A stretch of DNA of 63,939 bases, counting the filler, from Reclinomonas americana ATCC 50394 (lineage: Eukaryota), in the NCBI GenBank assembly GCA_048213135.1. It is 4 parts of 2 records of this genome, joined end to end, with 100 filler letters (N's around TTAATTAATTAA, not from the genome) between each part and the next. Parts side by side here need not be neighbours in the genome. Positions count along the whole stretch, not along the records: positions 32,672 to 61,691 come from PS015302.1; 3 more parts are not named here. One strand, 5' to 3'. A program made the position numbers and the translations under genes. How positions within the stretch are numbered: the first letter of the stretch is position 1; every line of letters begins with the position of its first letter. The notes under the pieces are model-generated. The model ran no database searches, was not told the origin of the DNA, and saw only the letters and a list, made by a program, of their open reading frames with translations. Below are positions 33,604-46,427 of this stretch, piece after piece.

Positions 33604-36600
33604 ATGCCAAAAGTTCGTCCGAGATTGTGTGCTCTGTTTCGCGCCGAGTTCCCATTGTCTCGAGTCTGTGTAGTTGTGTGGAGCAAAGGCTACTATCCCC
33701 CGTGCACCCCTAGACGTCTATCCAGCACCTCTCTCCCCTCCCTCTCTGCGTGTCTCTCGCAGCGTCTCTCCCTCCTTGCCCTCTTACCCCTGTCAACGAA
33801 GGTACGCACATTCAGTGTCTTGGTGTGTGGGTTGTGTGTGTGTGTGTGTGTGTGTGTCTCGACTTCACACACACTCACTCACTCACGTTTCGTACAGCTG
33901 TGAGAGCGTGTGCGTGTGTGTGTGTGCGTGTGTGTGAGCCCTCATGAGCGGAGCGACGCGAGTTCGTCAACAACCACAACCTCATGTGCGCTCTCAATCG
34001 GCCTCATCGCCCACTTCCTCGGCGCGTCGCTCAGTGACCACAGTGTCGGCCTCACAACGCAACGCACGACCGACAGTTGCGTTTCTCACATGTCGCTTTC
34101 CAACCCCCGAATGCTCATCATCGCCAATTGCATCTTCTCTGCGCGCAGAGTGTGACGCGCGCGCATCCTCCACTCTCCCCCAAGTCCTCCACCCGAGTGG
34201 CACCGATCGCACCCGACGTCACTGTCACTCCCGGGCAGAAGAGACGGCCATCGTCGTCGTCCACCATCGAGGCCTCGTCGCCCTCGTCGCCGGCTTCGGC
34301 TTCTGCGTCGATGGTGGCCGCAGTGGCGGCCGCGGCCACGCTGCGTCGATCGTCCCTGCAGTTGCCACTGGGAGCGCTGGAGAGTGCAGGACTCGGTAGC
34401 CAGTCGCCACGTTCGCCCTCGGCACCGCCGTCGGCACGATCGCAGTGCGCCACCTTCCGCTACCACTCGCCCGATCACCGCGGAGGCGCGGCTGTGACGG
34501 CCCCCGTGCAGCCACCCATGTCTTCGCGATACGGGTCGCCGTCGCACTCGCCGCGAGCGTCGCTGAGTGGAACGCTGTCGTCGAGCACCATGGCCGTCGC
34601 ACGCCGTCTCGGTGTCAATGTCGACGAGGCGCAGTTCATGGAGGTTTGTGGCAATGATCCCGACTCACGTAGTGCTGCACGCGAAGGAGAGGGAGAGAGA
34701 CAGACAGACAGAGAGACAGAGCTGTGCCACTGACCATGTTGTGCGTTGATAATGATCGTGATTGTCGGAGAATCCACCGAGGCTGGGCCACCGGCGTTGT
34801 GCTTTTGTTGTCTCTCTCTCTCTCTCTGCATGCCATGCTCATCATGTTTGTTTGTGTTGGCGATAGGATGTGCGCAAGACGGTGGTGCGGTTGAAGAGCT
34901 TGCCGAACAGCACGACCTACGTGGAGGATTCGGTGCAGTTTTTGGTCGAAGCCGCCAAGGAGAGCGACCATCACCGAGTGATTATGCGTGAGCTGGGCAC
35001 CTTGGAGGTGCTCGTCTCCCTGCTTCGTCACCACGGCACCAATGTCCAGTCGCTGGCCGCCGAGGCGCTGATGCTGCTTGGTGCGTGTGTGTTGTCCTCA
35101 GTTTCGCACATGCATGATTTGTCCGATCCTGAACCGATGCAATGTCGTCTTGTGTTGCAGCGAACAACAAGGGCAACCGCGACCGCATTCGCGAGGTCAA
35201 TGGCATTCAGCCACTCATTAATTTGCTGAGCAAGGAGTATGCTGTGTTGCCGGCCGCCATGGCGCTGCGCAATTTGTCTACTTCGTCGGAGAATCAGGTA
35301 AAGAAATGCCACTGCAGCACGTCTGATCCTTGTCGACTGTTGCTCATCAACCTGCGCCACAGCTCCGCATCTACCAGTACGACGGCGTGGAGCCGCTCAT
35401 TCGGCTGCTGCGACATGTGGATCCGCGCGTGCAGGAGCAAGCGGCTGCGGCCGTGGCCAACTGTGGTTCGCATTCTTTTCCCCAATCGTGTGTGTATGTG
35501 CAGCAGTCGACTCAAATCGATCGCCTTGTCGCACACAGCGGCCAACTCGACAAACCAGGGTCTCATTCGTGACCTCAGTGGCGTCCCACTGCTGGTGAAC
35601 CTGCTGGCAATCAAGAACTCGCGCATTCAGCGACAAGCGGCCATGGCACTGAAGCACCTGGCCGGCAACGAGGTCAACCGCGACCTTGTGCGCGACGCCG
35701 GCGCTGTGCCGCTGCTGATCGCCATTCTGCACGAGGGCAAGACACGAGCCAAGGCCATGGCGGCCGGTGCGCTCGGATTCTTGGCCTACGGCGAGCAGGT
35801 TTGTGTTTCTGTGTCTCGTGTTCATGCCTGATCATCACTTGTGCTGAATCATACAATCGCCGGGCGCAGACTCGCGAGCTCATCCGCATCCACGGTGGTG
35901 TGGCACCGCTGTGTGCCATGCTGCAGTCGAGCAACGTCGATTGCCTTGAGCAGGCCACCACCTGCATTGTCAACGTTTGTGAGTACTGATTCCTTGTGTG
36001 CTGATCACTCGCTGGTGCTGTTGCTAACTGCTGCCGCCGATCGCCGAATAGCTCTGAACAAGACCAACCGCCACCTGATTCGCGAGTGCAAGGGCATCGA
36101 GAGTCTCATTCGCCTGTTGATGAGCTCGAACGCCACGGTGCAGGAGAATGCTGCATGGGCGCTGAAGAACCTCGGTATGTGAAAACCCCTGTCAGTACGA
36201 TGACAAGCTCCTCCAGCATGACACTCATGCTTCGCCCCCCTCGCAACAGCCATGACACGCGCCAACCAGGACCACATTCGCGAGAATGGCGGCTTGGAGG
36301 TGATGTTGGACCTGCTGGAGACGGAGAATCATGAGCTGCTCTCACATCTGGTGTGGGGTCTCACCAATCTCAGTTGCGTCTCTATCTTTATTCTGTACCC
36401 ATGGCCCTGTGACGCGCCCGTGTATCTTGTTCTGACCGCTCGCTCGTGTATGCAGCCATCAACAAGTACAACCAAGACGAGATTCCGCGTCTTGACGGCA
36501 TCCGCCCGCTGTTGCAGCTGCTGTCGCACGAGCGTGATGATGTGGTGGAGAAGGCAGCATGGACGCTGACCAACCTGTCGGTCAGTGTGGAGAACCGCGA

Positions 36601-38095
36601 CAAGATTCGTCTGGAGGGTGGCATTCCGCCCTTGATCACACTGCTGGCGCACCCCAACGCCAAGGTCAGTGCAGTGTTTGCGGGGACAAGGAGAGTCTCT
36701 CTGTGTTCCCCTCGCTGACTCTCGCTCTCCTCCTTCTGCAGTGCGTGGAGAAGGCGGTGGCCGCACTCAGCAATCTGGCCACACGGAAGCCATGCCGCGA
36801 AGCCATTCGTAAGAACGGCGGCATTCCACCGCTGGTCGAACTGCTCGACTCGAACATTCCGGAGCTGCTGTGCGGGGCTGCCGGCACACTGGCCAATATG
36901 GGTGAGTGGCACGAGTCACGACTGTTGCATTGCACGAGGCCACGCATCTCATCTCTGTGTCATCGCGTCTGTGTGCGCAGCGAGCAAGCACGATGTGAAT
37001 CGCGAGGCAATCCGCGCCGAGGGAGCTGTCGGTCGCCTGTTGCAGTTGCTTGGTCACGTGGACAGCATGGTCCGCACCGAGGCGTTTGCCGCGCTGCGCA
37101 ACCTGTCTCGTTGCGTTCACTCTGTCTGTCGTGTGCCCATGTGTTTACTCGGGGAAGCTCACCGACCCGTACCATGCATACAGTGGGTGAGGCCTTCAAT
37201 CGCGCGCTGCAAAAGTTCGTCATGATCCCCGTCGGCCCCGACACGTTTGCCGAGTTGGGTCAGGCGGTGGCCGAGTATGAGCACGCCGCTGAGGATCTCG
37301 ACGCGGCGGCGTTGTTGGAGATGCTGGTGGCACGGCATGGTGGTGAGTGTGACGATGATACACACTGTCGGCGTCTGCTTGGCTTGTCTCACGAATGATT
37401 TGCAGGCACACCCGATCCACAATTGCTGGCCGAGTACCACCGCGTGGCGCAAATGCCAGCGCCGTCAACTGCACAGCACTCTCGCTCTTTCTCCGACATC
37501 ACCGGCACCACACTGTCGGTGCGCCCGGTGCCTCGTGACGAGAGCCGACGTGCGTACCAGCTGCAGTACGCGCAGCAGCACCACGATTCGGTGTCGGTGC
37601 AGTCGGACAGTCCACCACGAGCGACCGTGACCAGCATTGATTTCCCCGAATCATCGTCCACACCCCCACCACCTCCACCGCCACCACAGTCGGAATCAGC
37701 ACGCATTGTGCAACCGCACCAGGGTGGCAGCCCGCGCAGTGGATCTGCTGGGCGACCACAGCCGGCGTCCTTCAGTCTCCCGCAAGTGCCTGGCTCACGA
37801 TGTGCGTGCCTCTCTCTCTCTCTCTCCCCGATTGTCACATTCAACTGACGTTTGTTCAATGCACAGCGTCACCGCCGCGCATCCCCAGCGCACCTGGCTC
37901 CACCTCGTCGCTCGGCATGAGTGACGACACAGGCGCTCACGACTTCGATCACGACAGCTCAGGCGACGATTTGGTGCGCTCGATCGCCCCACCACGGCAG
38001 TCAGCGTTCTCCACCCATACCACCACCACCACCACCACGACAACCACGGCAGCGGCGCCACCCATTGTGCCTCCACTGGTCGGCTGGGGAGCTTC
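33604..38095 (+). CDS. Armadillo-repeat protein (Vac8-like ARM array) with Ser/Pro-rich termini; 3' end in gap
   Basis: About 10 ARM repeats across 34870-37110, e.g. NRDRIREVNGIQPLINLL, NRDLVRDAGAVPLLIAIL, VQENAAWALKNL, NRDKIRLEGGIPPLITLL, AIRKNGGIPPLVELL. Start is uncertain. Confidence 0.85.
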
Positions 38096-38325
38096 ANNNN
38101 NNNNNNNNNNNNNNNNNNNNNNNNNNNNNNNNNNNNNNNNNNNNNNNNNNNNNNNNNNNNNNNNNNNNNNNNNNNNNNNNNNNNNNNNNAGGCAACAGAA
38201 AAAAAAGGGGTAAGCCCCCAAGAACAGCGGGGCAGAAAAAGATTATGGAAGTTACTCTCCTCAAAAGGGGGGGGAAGGGAAAAGAAAAGTCATTAGGAGT
38301 CTCCAGCAGCCTGTACGTTGGTCCC

Positions 38326-39865
38326 TCACCGCGGCGCGGCAAAGCCGTGCATGTGAAGGAACGACAGCAGGGCGACGCGAACAGGTCGCGCCAGATCAAT
38401 GTCAACCAGGGTGTCGACACGTTCCCGGAGATCGCCAAGCACGTTGATATGCTGCATTGAGATGGGATGAGCATTGTGAAGATATATGCAGAGACGGTGG
38501 CAAGTGCGACGCAACAGCGCTGCGGAGCTGCGACTCGACGTGCTGACCAAACTCGGGCTTCCAGTTGTGACGCTCGCCGACAGCGCGAGTCACCACACCA
38601 ATGTCGGACTCGAGCGAGTACGCACCCTGCGCAGCTCGCGACGACGACGACGACGANNNNNNNNNNNNNNNNNNNNNNNNNNNNNNNNNNNNNNNNNNNN
38701 NNNNNNNNNNNNNNNNNNNNNNNNNNNNNNNNNNNNNNNNNNNNNNNNNNNNNNNNNNNNNNNNNNNNNNNNNNNNNNNNNNNNNNNNNNNNNNNNNNNN
38801 NNNNNNNNNNNNNNNNNNNNNNNNNNNNNNNNNNNNNNNNNNNNNNNNNNNNNNNNNNNNNNNNNNNNNNNNNNNNNNNNNNNNNNNNNNNNNNNNNNNN
38901 NNNNNNNNNNNNNNNNNNNNNNNNNNNNNNNNNNNNNNNNNNNNNNNNNNNNNNNNNNNNNNNNNNNNNNNNNNNNNNNNNNNNNNNNNNNNNNNNNNNN
39001 NNNNNNNNNNNNNNNNNNNNNNNNNNNNNNNNNNNNNNNNNNNNNNNNNNNNNNNNNNNNNNNNNNNNNNNNNNNNNNNNNNNNNNNNNNNNNNNNNNNN
39101 NNNNNNNNNNNNNNNNNNNNNNNNNNNNNNNNNNNNNNNNNNNNNNNNNNNNNNNNNNNNNNNNNNNNNNNNNNNNNNNNNNNNNNNNNNNNNNNNNNNN
39201 NNNNNNNNNNNNNNNNNNNNNNNNNNNNNNNNNNNNNNNNNNNNNNNNNNNNNNNNNNNNNNNNNNNNNNNNNNNNNNNNNNNNNNNNNNNNNNNNNNNN
39301 NNNNNNNNNNNNNNNNNNNNNNNNNNNNNNNNNNNNNNNNNNNNNNNNNNNNNNNNNNNNNNNNNNNNNNNNNNNNNNNNNNNNNNNNNNNNNNNNNNNN
39401 NNNNNNNNNNNNNNNNNNNNNNNNNNNNNNNNNNNNNNNNNNNNNNNNNNNNNNNNNNNNNNNNNNNNNNNNNNNNNNNNNNNNNNNNNNNNNNNNNNNN
39501 NNNNNNNNNNNNNNNNNNNNNNNNNNNNNNNNNNNNNNNNNNNNNNNNNNNNNNNNNNNNNNNNNNNNNNNNNNNNNNNNNNNNNNNNNNNNCCACCCAC
39601 CCACCACCATCACCACCGTCAACCCCCCCTCTCAGCACGACCACGCCAACGCAGGTCGTGCAATTTTGATATGACGGTGGTCGTGTGGTGCTTGCTGGAT
39701 GTTGTACTACCTCTTTGTGTTGCTGCCTCTTTTTTGCCTCCTCCTCCTCCATAACCCCCACCCTCAAACAAAAGAATTGCCAGAAAGAACCTCCTGTCGC
39801 CCACCATTGTTAGAGCGTCGTCAGTGTACCACGATACTTCTTGTCCTTGACATCATAATCATCCA
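38326..39865 (-). CDS. Hypothetical protein spanning an assembly gap
   Basis: Frame-compatible 3' exons ...VGERHNWKPEFGQHVESQLRSA|HINVLGDLRERVDTLVDIDLARPVRVALLSFLHMHGFAAPR*. The 5' end is tentative. Confidence 0.4.
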
Positions 39866-39876
39866 TCAAGGAAAAA

Positions 39877-42184
39877 ATGCTTCTCTTGCGCACATTGCGT
39901 CGCTCACTGGCACGTTGTGTCATTGCTTTCGTCACTCCCATCGCTTTTGTCTCACTCTTGCCACGCAGTCGACGAGCAGCAATGTGATGCGCGACACGCC
40001 CGATGCCTTCCTGCAGAACGTGATGAAGCACAACGGATTGCATCGCGCCATGCTTGCATTTGATCACGAAACGCGTCGTGTGGTTCCCTCACATCCCGCG
40101 CTGCAAGTCGTCGCCGACTGGATGATGAATGACCCGGTGGACTACAAGCAGGTGGGCTCAGCAACACATGCATGCGAGTGTGTGTGAGAGAGAGATGCGC
40201 TGATTCTCTCTCTCTCCTCTGTCGCAGCACGAGGCCATCTTCCTGGAAATCGGGCGAGAATCCGGTGCTCTTCTCGGCTCCTTCTTGTGGTGGACGAAGC
40301 GTGGTCAGGGTTGTGGTGGCATTCGCTATCGCTCCTACACCAGGTGGGTGCTGTCTCCTGTCTCGTCCCTTCCTCTTTGTCTCTGCGGCTCACGAAGAAT
40401 TGCAGCCTGGAGGAGTACCTGCGCGACGGCATGCGACTGGCCACTGGAATGGGCCAGAAGAGCGCCCTCGCCGGTCTGTGGTGGGGCGGTGGCAAAGGTA
40501 TGTAGTCGAAGGAGGGAGAACTTGTCCACGCTCGAGCTCATATCATGGTGCCTGCTTGCAGGCGTCATTCCCATGCTGTCGTCGCACTCGGACAAGTTCC
40601 TCGACCGTGGATTCCGTGATGCGTTGTTCCGCGACTAGTTGAGTGGTGACAGCATTTCTCTGTGTTGCTTGGCGTGCGCCGTGCCTCACTCTCGCTGCAG
40701 CGGCCGTTTCCTGACGGGCACACAGGGTGCCTACGTGGCTGCTGAGGATGCTGGTGTGCTCATCCCCACAGCTGCCTGCCGTGCGTGTCTCATGACTCAC
40801 TTGTGTGCTCGTGTGCACAGGCGTCAACGTGGAAGACGTCGATGTGGTGTTCTCACAGACTCGTCACACGACGTGCATCTCACCGCGCCTGGGTGGCTCC
40901 GGCAACCCGTCAGTACCCACAGCTCAGGTGACTCCCTGTGTGAGACAGGCGGTTTTTTTGCGATGCCTACTCAATTTGCCAACCGTCTGCGTACACGCAG
41001 GGCATTGTGTGTGCGATGGAGGGTGCGCTGCAGTTCCTGAAGATGGGCAGTCTCGAAGGCAAGACTATCGCGGTGCAGGTCTGTGTCACGTCCGGCGTCA
41101 CTATTGAGTATCACGAGTTGTTGTTGACGTGGTTCCACGCACAGGGTGTCGGTAATGTGGGTCTGCCGCTAGTGGAGTTCTTGCTGGCCAAGGGCGTGAA
41201 GCGCATCGAGGCTGCCGAGACGGTGCCGCACCGACTGGAACAGGTGTGTCTACAGCCGTGCTCGCGCCTCGCGCTCTCCGTCATGCATCGTCTCTGACCG
41301 TGCACTCGCCACTGGCAGGCTGTGGAGAAAATCACCGACTCCCGCGTGCGATTCCGTCATGGTTATTTCTCCGTGCACTTTTCTTCTGCATGCGCCATTG
41401 TGTGTTCTCATCGACAGACAATGCTGGGCAGTGTCCACTAGCGACATGAGTATCTTGCACGAGGAGGTGGACATTGTGTCGCCGTGTGCCTTTGGTGGTG
41501 TCCTCAACCCCACCACCATTCCTGGCATTCGGTTCGTGCGCTCTTGTGTCTCTCTGCGTCAAAACACGCAAGAGCTTGACTTGCTGTGTACTGTAGCGCG
41601 AAGATTGTGTGCGGTGCGGCAAACAACCAGCTGCAGGATCCGCGCGGAGATGGGGAACTGGCAAAGCGTGGCATTGTCTACGTCCCCGATTTCGTCGGCA
41701 ACCGCATGGGCATGTTGCGTGTGTGCAGCAGCGTGACCAGTTTCCTCTGTTTGTTCGTCGATCCTCACGTCACGCCTGTTGTGCAGCGTGAATTGTGCCA
41801 ATGAGCAGTACGGCTACGTGACACCGTCGTCGGAGGATCCGTCATTTGCCCGTCACTTTGGTCGCGACTGGGAGGACTCGATCCAGAACACCACTCAGCG
41901 TGTTCTCGAGTTTCGCCTTTGCCACACTTGAAATGCCGAGGCGCACACTCATGCAACACACTTGCGACACAGGCTGGCCCAGCGCACTGGAACATCGCCG
42001 GCTGTCGCGGCCATTGTTGCGTCACTTTACTCACTCACTCATAGCTTCTTGGACTCATTGTTGCAACAATCAGTCGCTGGCCGACAAGGCCGCCAGCGTG
42101 CCGCATCCGATCTGGGGCCACCGTGTGCGCCACATCATCGAGTCGCTGCGGAAGAACTCGTGGGCCAGTGCCGAGCGTCTGTGA
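39877..42184 (+). CDS. Glu/Leu/Phe/Val dehydrogenase (leucine dehydrogenase-like)
   Basis: HEAIFLE, RTKRGQGCGGIR-like segment, DGMRLATGMGQKSALAGLWWGGGKGVI, YVAAEDAGV, GGSGNPSVPTAQG, IAVQGVGNVG, DIVSPCAFGG, KIVCGAANNQL, YVPDFVGNRMGIVNCANEQYG. Start is approximate. Confidence 0.92.
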
Positions 42185-42501
42185 CAAGTTACCCCTTAGG
42201 TGGGAGAAAAAGACAACTCCGTGACGTGAGATTTGATTCCCCTGTCCGAGTGAAGTAAGTGGAAGATTGGCGGCCTGCTGGCGTGTGGAGAGAGAGAGGG
42301 ATAGTGTGTTTGTTGTCACCGCCACGTAGATCACCACAGCTGTCACTCGAGTGCTTGGGGACTTGATTCGCCGTGTCAGCGTGGTTTGCTCTCGTCACTA
42401 GCATCTGGGAGGACAGTGGGAGTGCTAGTAGAGGCCATAGCGGTAGCGGTAGAGAATCAACAGCGGGTGAGACTGCAGCAGTAGAGGGAGAACCGTCCAT
42501 C

Positions 42502-45500
42502 ATGGGGCACTCAGAATCCAAGTCGGCGCGTGGTGAGGTTATCGTGTTTGGCGAGGTTTGTGCTGTGATGGCACTGTGTTCTCGGCGGTTGAAACACGTC
42601 TCATCAGTCGTGCACAGGAGGGTGCCGGAAAGTACGAGCTGCTTCATATCGCAACGGTGCGTCTTCGTGTTCTCTTCTGCTTGTGGAGTTGGAAGCCAGC
42701 GGTCAACTTGTTCCTCATGGAATCGTTTCATTTTCTCCAGCGGCTGTACACCAGCACTCCCCTCAAAGTCGAAGCCGAGCGGCATGGGCGTCTGCTATTC
42801 AGTGAAGTACGTTGTCGTCTCAGTTGCCGCGCCCCTTTCTCCCCTGCCGAGCTGACAAGGGCATACGTGTGGCAGGAACTGGTGGTGAAGCACGGAAGTG
42901 AAACCACCAAGATTCTCTGGGTCTGTATCTCGTGTTGCTGTTGCTGTCATTAATCTTCCTGCTCGTTTCCTCACACATGCACGCATTGAACTCTCTCAGT
43001 GGAACACGGGCGACTGGACGCACTTCTTCTCTGGCATGTCTGCCACGCAGAAGAAATCGTTCTTCTCGTCGGATCGGCGCTGCTATGTGATCGTGTACAA
43101 GTGAGTGCGTCTGTGCAATTATTCCGAATGCATCGTGATCCCCCGGTTATGGCTGACCAGCGGGTGGTTGAGCCAGCGTGACGAGTCGGCACACATTCAA
43201 CGCAGTACACCAGGTATGCTGTTTGAATGTGAGATGCTAGAGGGGAGTTTCATTCACTGACAAGTTCGGCGGTGTTTGTTTGCATGCAGGTCATTCAGTG
43301 CCTCCGCCATTTCCAGAGTGGCCGCGGTGCTGCACCGGTGCTGGTAGTTGGCACTGGAGTGGAGTGCGATGTGGTTGGGCGAGAGCGAGAAGTATCGAAA
43401 GAGGACGCCGTCGTTGAGTGGGGTGTTTCCATGGTCGCATCCTCATGCGTTCATACTTACAGCATTACTCGTCACACAGCTGTTTGCACAGCAACACCAC
43501 GCGCTATACATGGAATGTTCCGTGGTCACTGAGTGGCACGCGGAGCTTGTTATCCAAGTGGCAAGTTCCATTGGCATTCAGTGCAAGTTGCGTTTGTGGG
43601 TTTGAGTGAGGCGCATCTGTGCTGTGATGGTGACTGGTTGGCACAGCGGTCGACACGGACCCCTTGATGCGAAATCGGTGATAGCTGAGGCGCTGCGGGA
43701 AAATATTCCTGCCGATACCGTGATGCCCTTAGAGGTGCCTGCAGCGGGCTCTGCACAGAAAGCGCCGGTCGAAGCTCTTGTCGGTGGTGCGTGCCCACGC
43801 ATGTGCGAGTTGCTTGATGATAGCTTCTACGCTCACACGCAGCATATTTGCAGTACCGGCCGTGCACGACCAGGGTTCTGTGTCTGACTCCGAGAACGCA
43901 TACATGGGGTTGAAATACACGCCGTGCCGAGCGGCATATGTGTTCATCGTCGACAACGAACGAGAGGAAATACCGGAAGGCTTTGTGGCCATTGAAGAGC
44001 TGCGCGCTCTTTACGTGTATCGTTCCAAGGTGCTGTCGTTGTGGACGTGCTGCGTCGTTCCCGAATGCGTTTCTCACCGCGGTCTCCAGGAGTCGTTCCT
44101 GAAGCGCCTGAAACCCGAAGTGGCGATTATCACGCTGCTCGATCCATCCCTGGTCATGGAGCGGGTCGACGCGAGTGCGGTGCATGTCCGCAACCAGATC
44201 TACAACCTGCTGCTCAAATTCGAGACTTCACAAGCCGCCACTGACATCATCAACGAAGTGGAGCGGAATCGGGAGCGACTCGAGTCAACGCTGCAGAGGG
44301 CTAATGGCGACGTGATGCAGCGTGCCCTCGGCCTCGGTCCAGGTGGGCCACTGCTCACAGAGACGGCGCATCCACACGAGATTCCAGAGGAAGCCGCAGT
44401 GGAGCACATGGAGCAGCAGCTGGCACAAAAGGAGGCGATACAGCTCGAGGCGGAGAAGCAGGCAGCGGCTATGAGCGAGCTGCTGCCACCGCAACTCGGT
44501 CTGGGCGAGTTGCGGGAGTTGCGACAGCAGGCACTGGCCGCAGTTGGCCGTTCCGTCGAGCCAGCGCCGCTGTCCGTCCCCACGACATCCCCTGCGCGAA
44601 CGACTACGGACGCGTGGCCTGGCGAGCTGCAGCGGCTGTTTGCAGAAACAGATGAAATGCAGCAGCCGGGGGCACTTCAACAGGGGCGGCCGTCGCGTCT
44701 TCGCGATGTCGACCTGGGCGAGCCGGAGCATGAGAACCAGACCGAGGAGATGCAGTCCTCGACGCCAGTGGACTCATCGGCGACCGCCAGACGGTTGCCG
44801 ATGTCATTTGGTGTGGGCGAGGTTACAGCAACCGCAGTGCCCGGATTGATGAGCGAGCGAACGTCTTCATTGCGCGACGCGCCGTCGGCAAAAGATCGGT
44901 CGGGCTTCCCATCCACCAGTGTCTACAGCCTTCCGCTCGTCGGCGGTCGTGGCAGCAGCAGCCCGTCACCCCGAGTTGATGATGCCTCGGTGCAGTCGGA
45001 TGTCGGCAGTGAGCGGGTAATCTCGGAACCCGGCGTTGTGCTGCATCTCGCAGGCTCCGACGTGGATGAGGGGCCGCGCCGGCGTCTGGACAGTGTTGCT
45101 GCGTGGCCGTGGTTTTCGCAGGCAGGTACTGCACCACAACAGCTTCGAGACCAGGCGAACGCGGGAGAGGAGATGCAGCCACTCGTGCCCTCCACTGGCC
45201 TGCCGGAGAGCGCACTGGCTTATAGTCCAGTGCAGCCCCTGGCGGCAGTCGGAAGATCTGTGGCACAGGGTATGAGTGTGCCACCGGGAGGTTCCTTCGG
45301 TGGAGCTGGTGTGCCGTCGCTGGTGCCAGAGGCTATGTCGTCATTGGTCGGCGGCAGCAACCTTGGCCAGGGTGCGGCGCAGGCCGTGTCTGGTGGCGTG
45401 AGCATTGGCTCGCTGGCTGCAGCCGTCGCGCCGTCGCTGGCTGATGCGGCACAGGGCATGAGTGTGCCACCGGGAGGTTCCTTCGGTGGAGCTGGTGTGC

Positions 45501-46399
45501 CGTCGCTGGTGCGAGAGGCCATGCCATCATTGGTCGGTGGCCCCAACATCGGCAGCGGTGCGGCGCAGGCCGTGTCTGGTGGCGTAAACATCGGATCCGT
45601 GGCTGGAGTTGCCGCTCCGTCAGTGATCTCGGCGTTTCACCACCTTCCACCGTCCGCTGAAACTCGTGCGGCTGCTATTCCGCCTCTGGTGGGGCCAGCT
45701 TCAAGCGTGTCTGATGTGGCGCCCCGGCGCTTGCCTGGTGCGCCGGAGGGCGACGACAATTTCATGACGGAGCAGCTGCTGCAGTACGCGCCATTTGGTA
45801 CGTCGGGCGAGGAGACTGTGGAGGATGTGCGCGAAGCCACCATGCCAATGCTGCATCGCGTGCCGGCGGAGGACAGCATGAGCGGACTCGTGCGCAAGTC
45901 GGCACCCGAGTCCGTGATCAACCCCCCCGTGGGCTCAGCCGTTCCGCGACTCGCCGCATTCCGCTTCCCTGCCGGCGGCGAGCCGTTGCCGGAGGTTGCT
46001 GCGTCTGCGCCGTTCGACTGGATACCACAGACTGTCGAAGAGGAAGACGTTGACGTGGTGGAGGGGGCGCCGCGAGAGACGGTGATGTCGCAGAAAGTGG
46101 AGACGCAGCCGCCGTTTGCGCCACATGCGATTCCCTTAGAGGCCGGAGTGGACGACAACCAGGGCACTGGGGTCGGCTTTGTCGATCGCAGCGACGGCAA
46201 CGAAGACGACGACATTCACATGAGTGACAACAACTGGGGCTTGGGTGGTCATGTGCAGCCAGAAGAGAAGCAGATAGACAAGGAGGTGAGGGAGGAACTC
46301 GAAGAGTTCATTCCGTTCCTGCAGATGGACCCGACGCCGTTGTGGAGTCCGCGAGACGACGGCGGCAACGGCTTCGTCCGCGAACACCAAGTGCAGTGA
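42502..46399 (+). CDS. Large protein with N-terminal divergent Ras/Rab-like (pseudo)GTPase domain and long disordered tail
   Basis: Spliced N-terminus MGHSESK...VIVFGE|EGAGKY...KILW|WNTG...CYVIVYNVTSRHTFNAV...PVLVVGTGVE...REVSKEDAV|LFAQQHHALYMECSV follows the small-GTPase motif order and joins in frame to the 43778-46399 ORF. Confidence 0.7.
45262..45622 (+). repeat. Intragenic tandem duplication, 186-bp (62-aa) unit, two copies
   Basis: GGCACAGGG(T/C)ATGAGTGTGCCACCGGGAGGTTCCTTCGGTGGAGCTGGTGTGCCGTCGCTGGTGC starts at both 45262 and 45448. Confidence 0.92.
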
Positions 46400-46427
46400 T
46401 TAGCTAAACAGTCAATGTACATTCATT

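Noticed and set aside
40636..40638. In-frame TAG in the dehydrogenase, suggesting stop-codon reassignment or a pseudogene
   Set aside because: It is split by an intron (TA|GTTGAGT...CAG|C gives TAC, Tyr). Genes here end in TAA, TAG and TGA normally.
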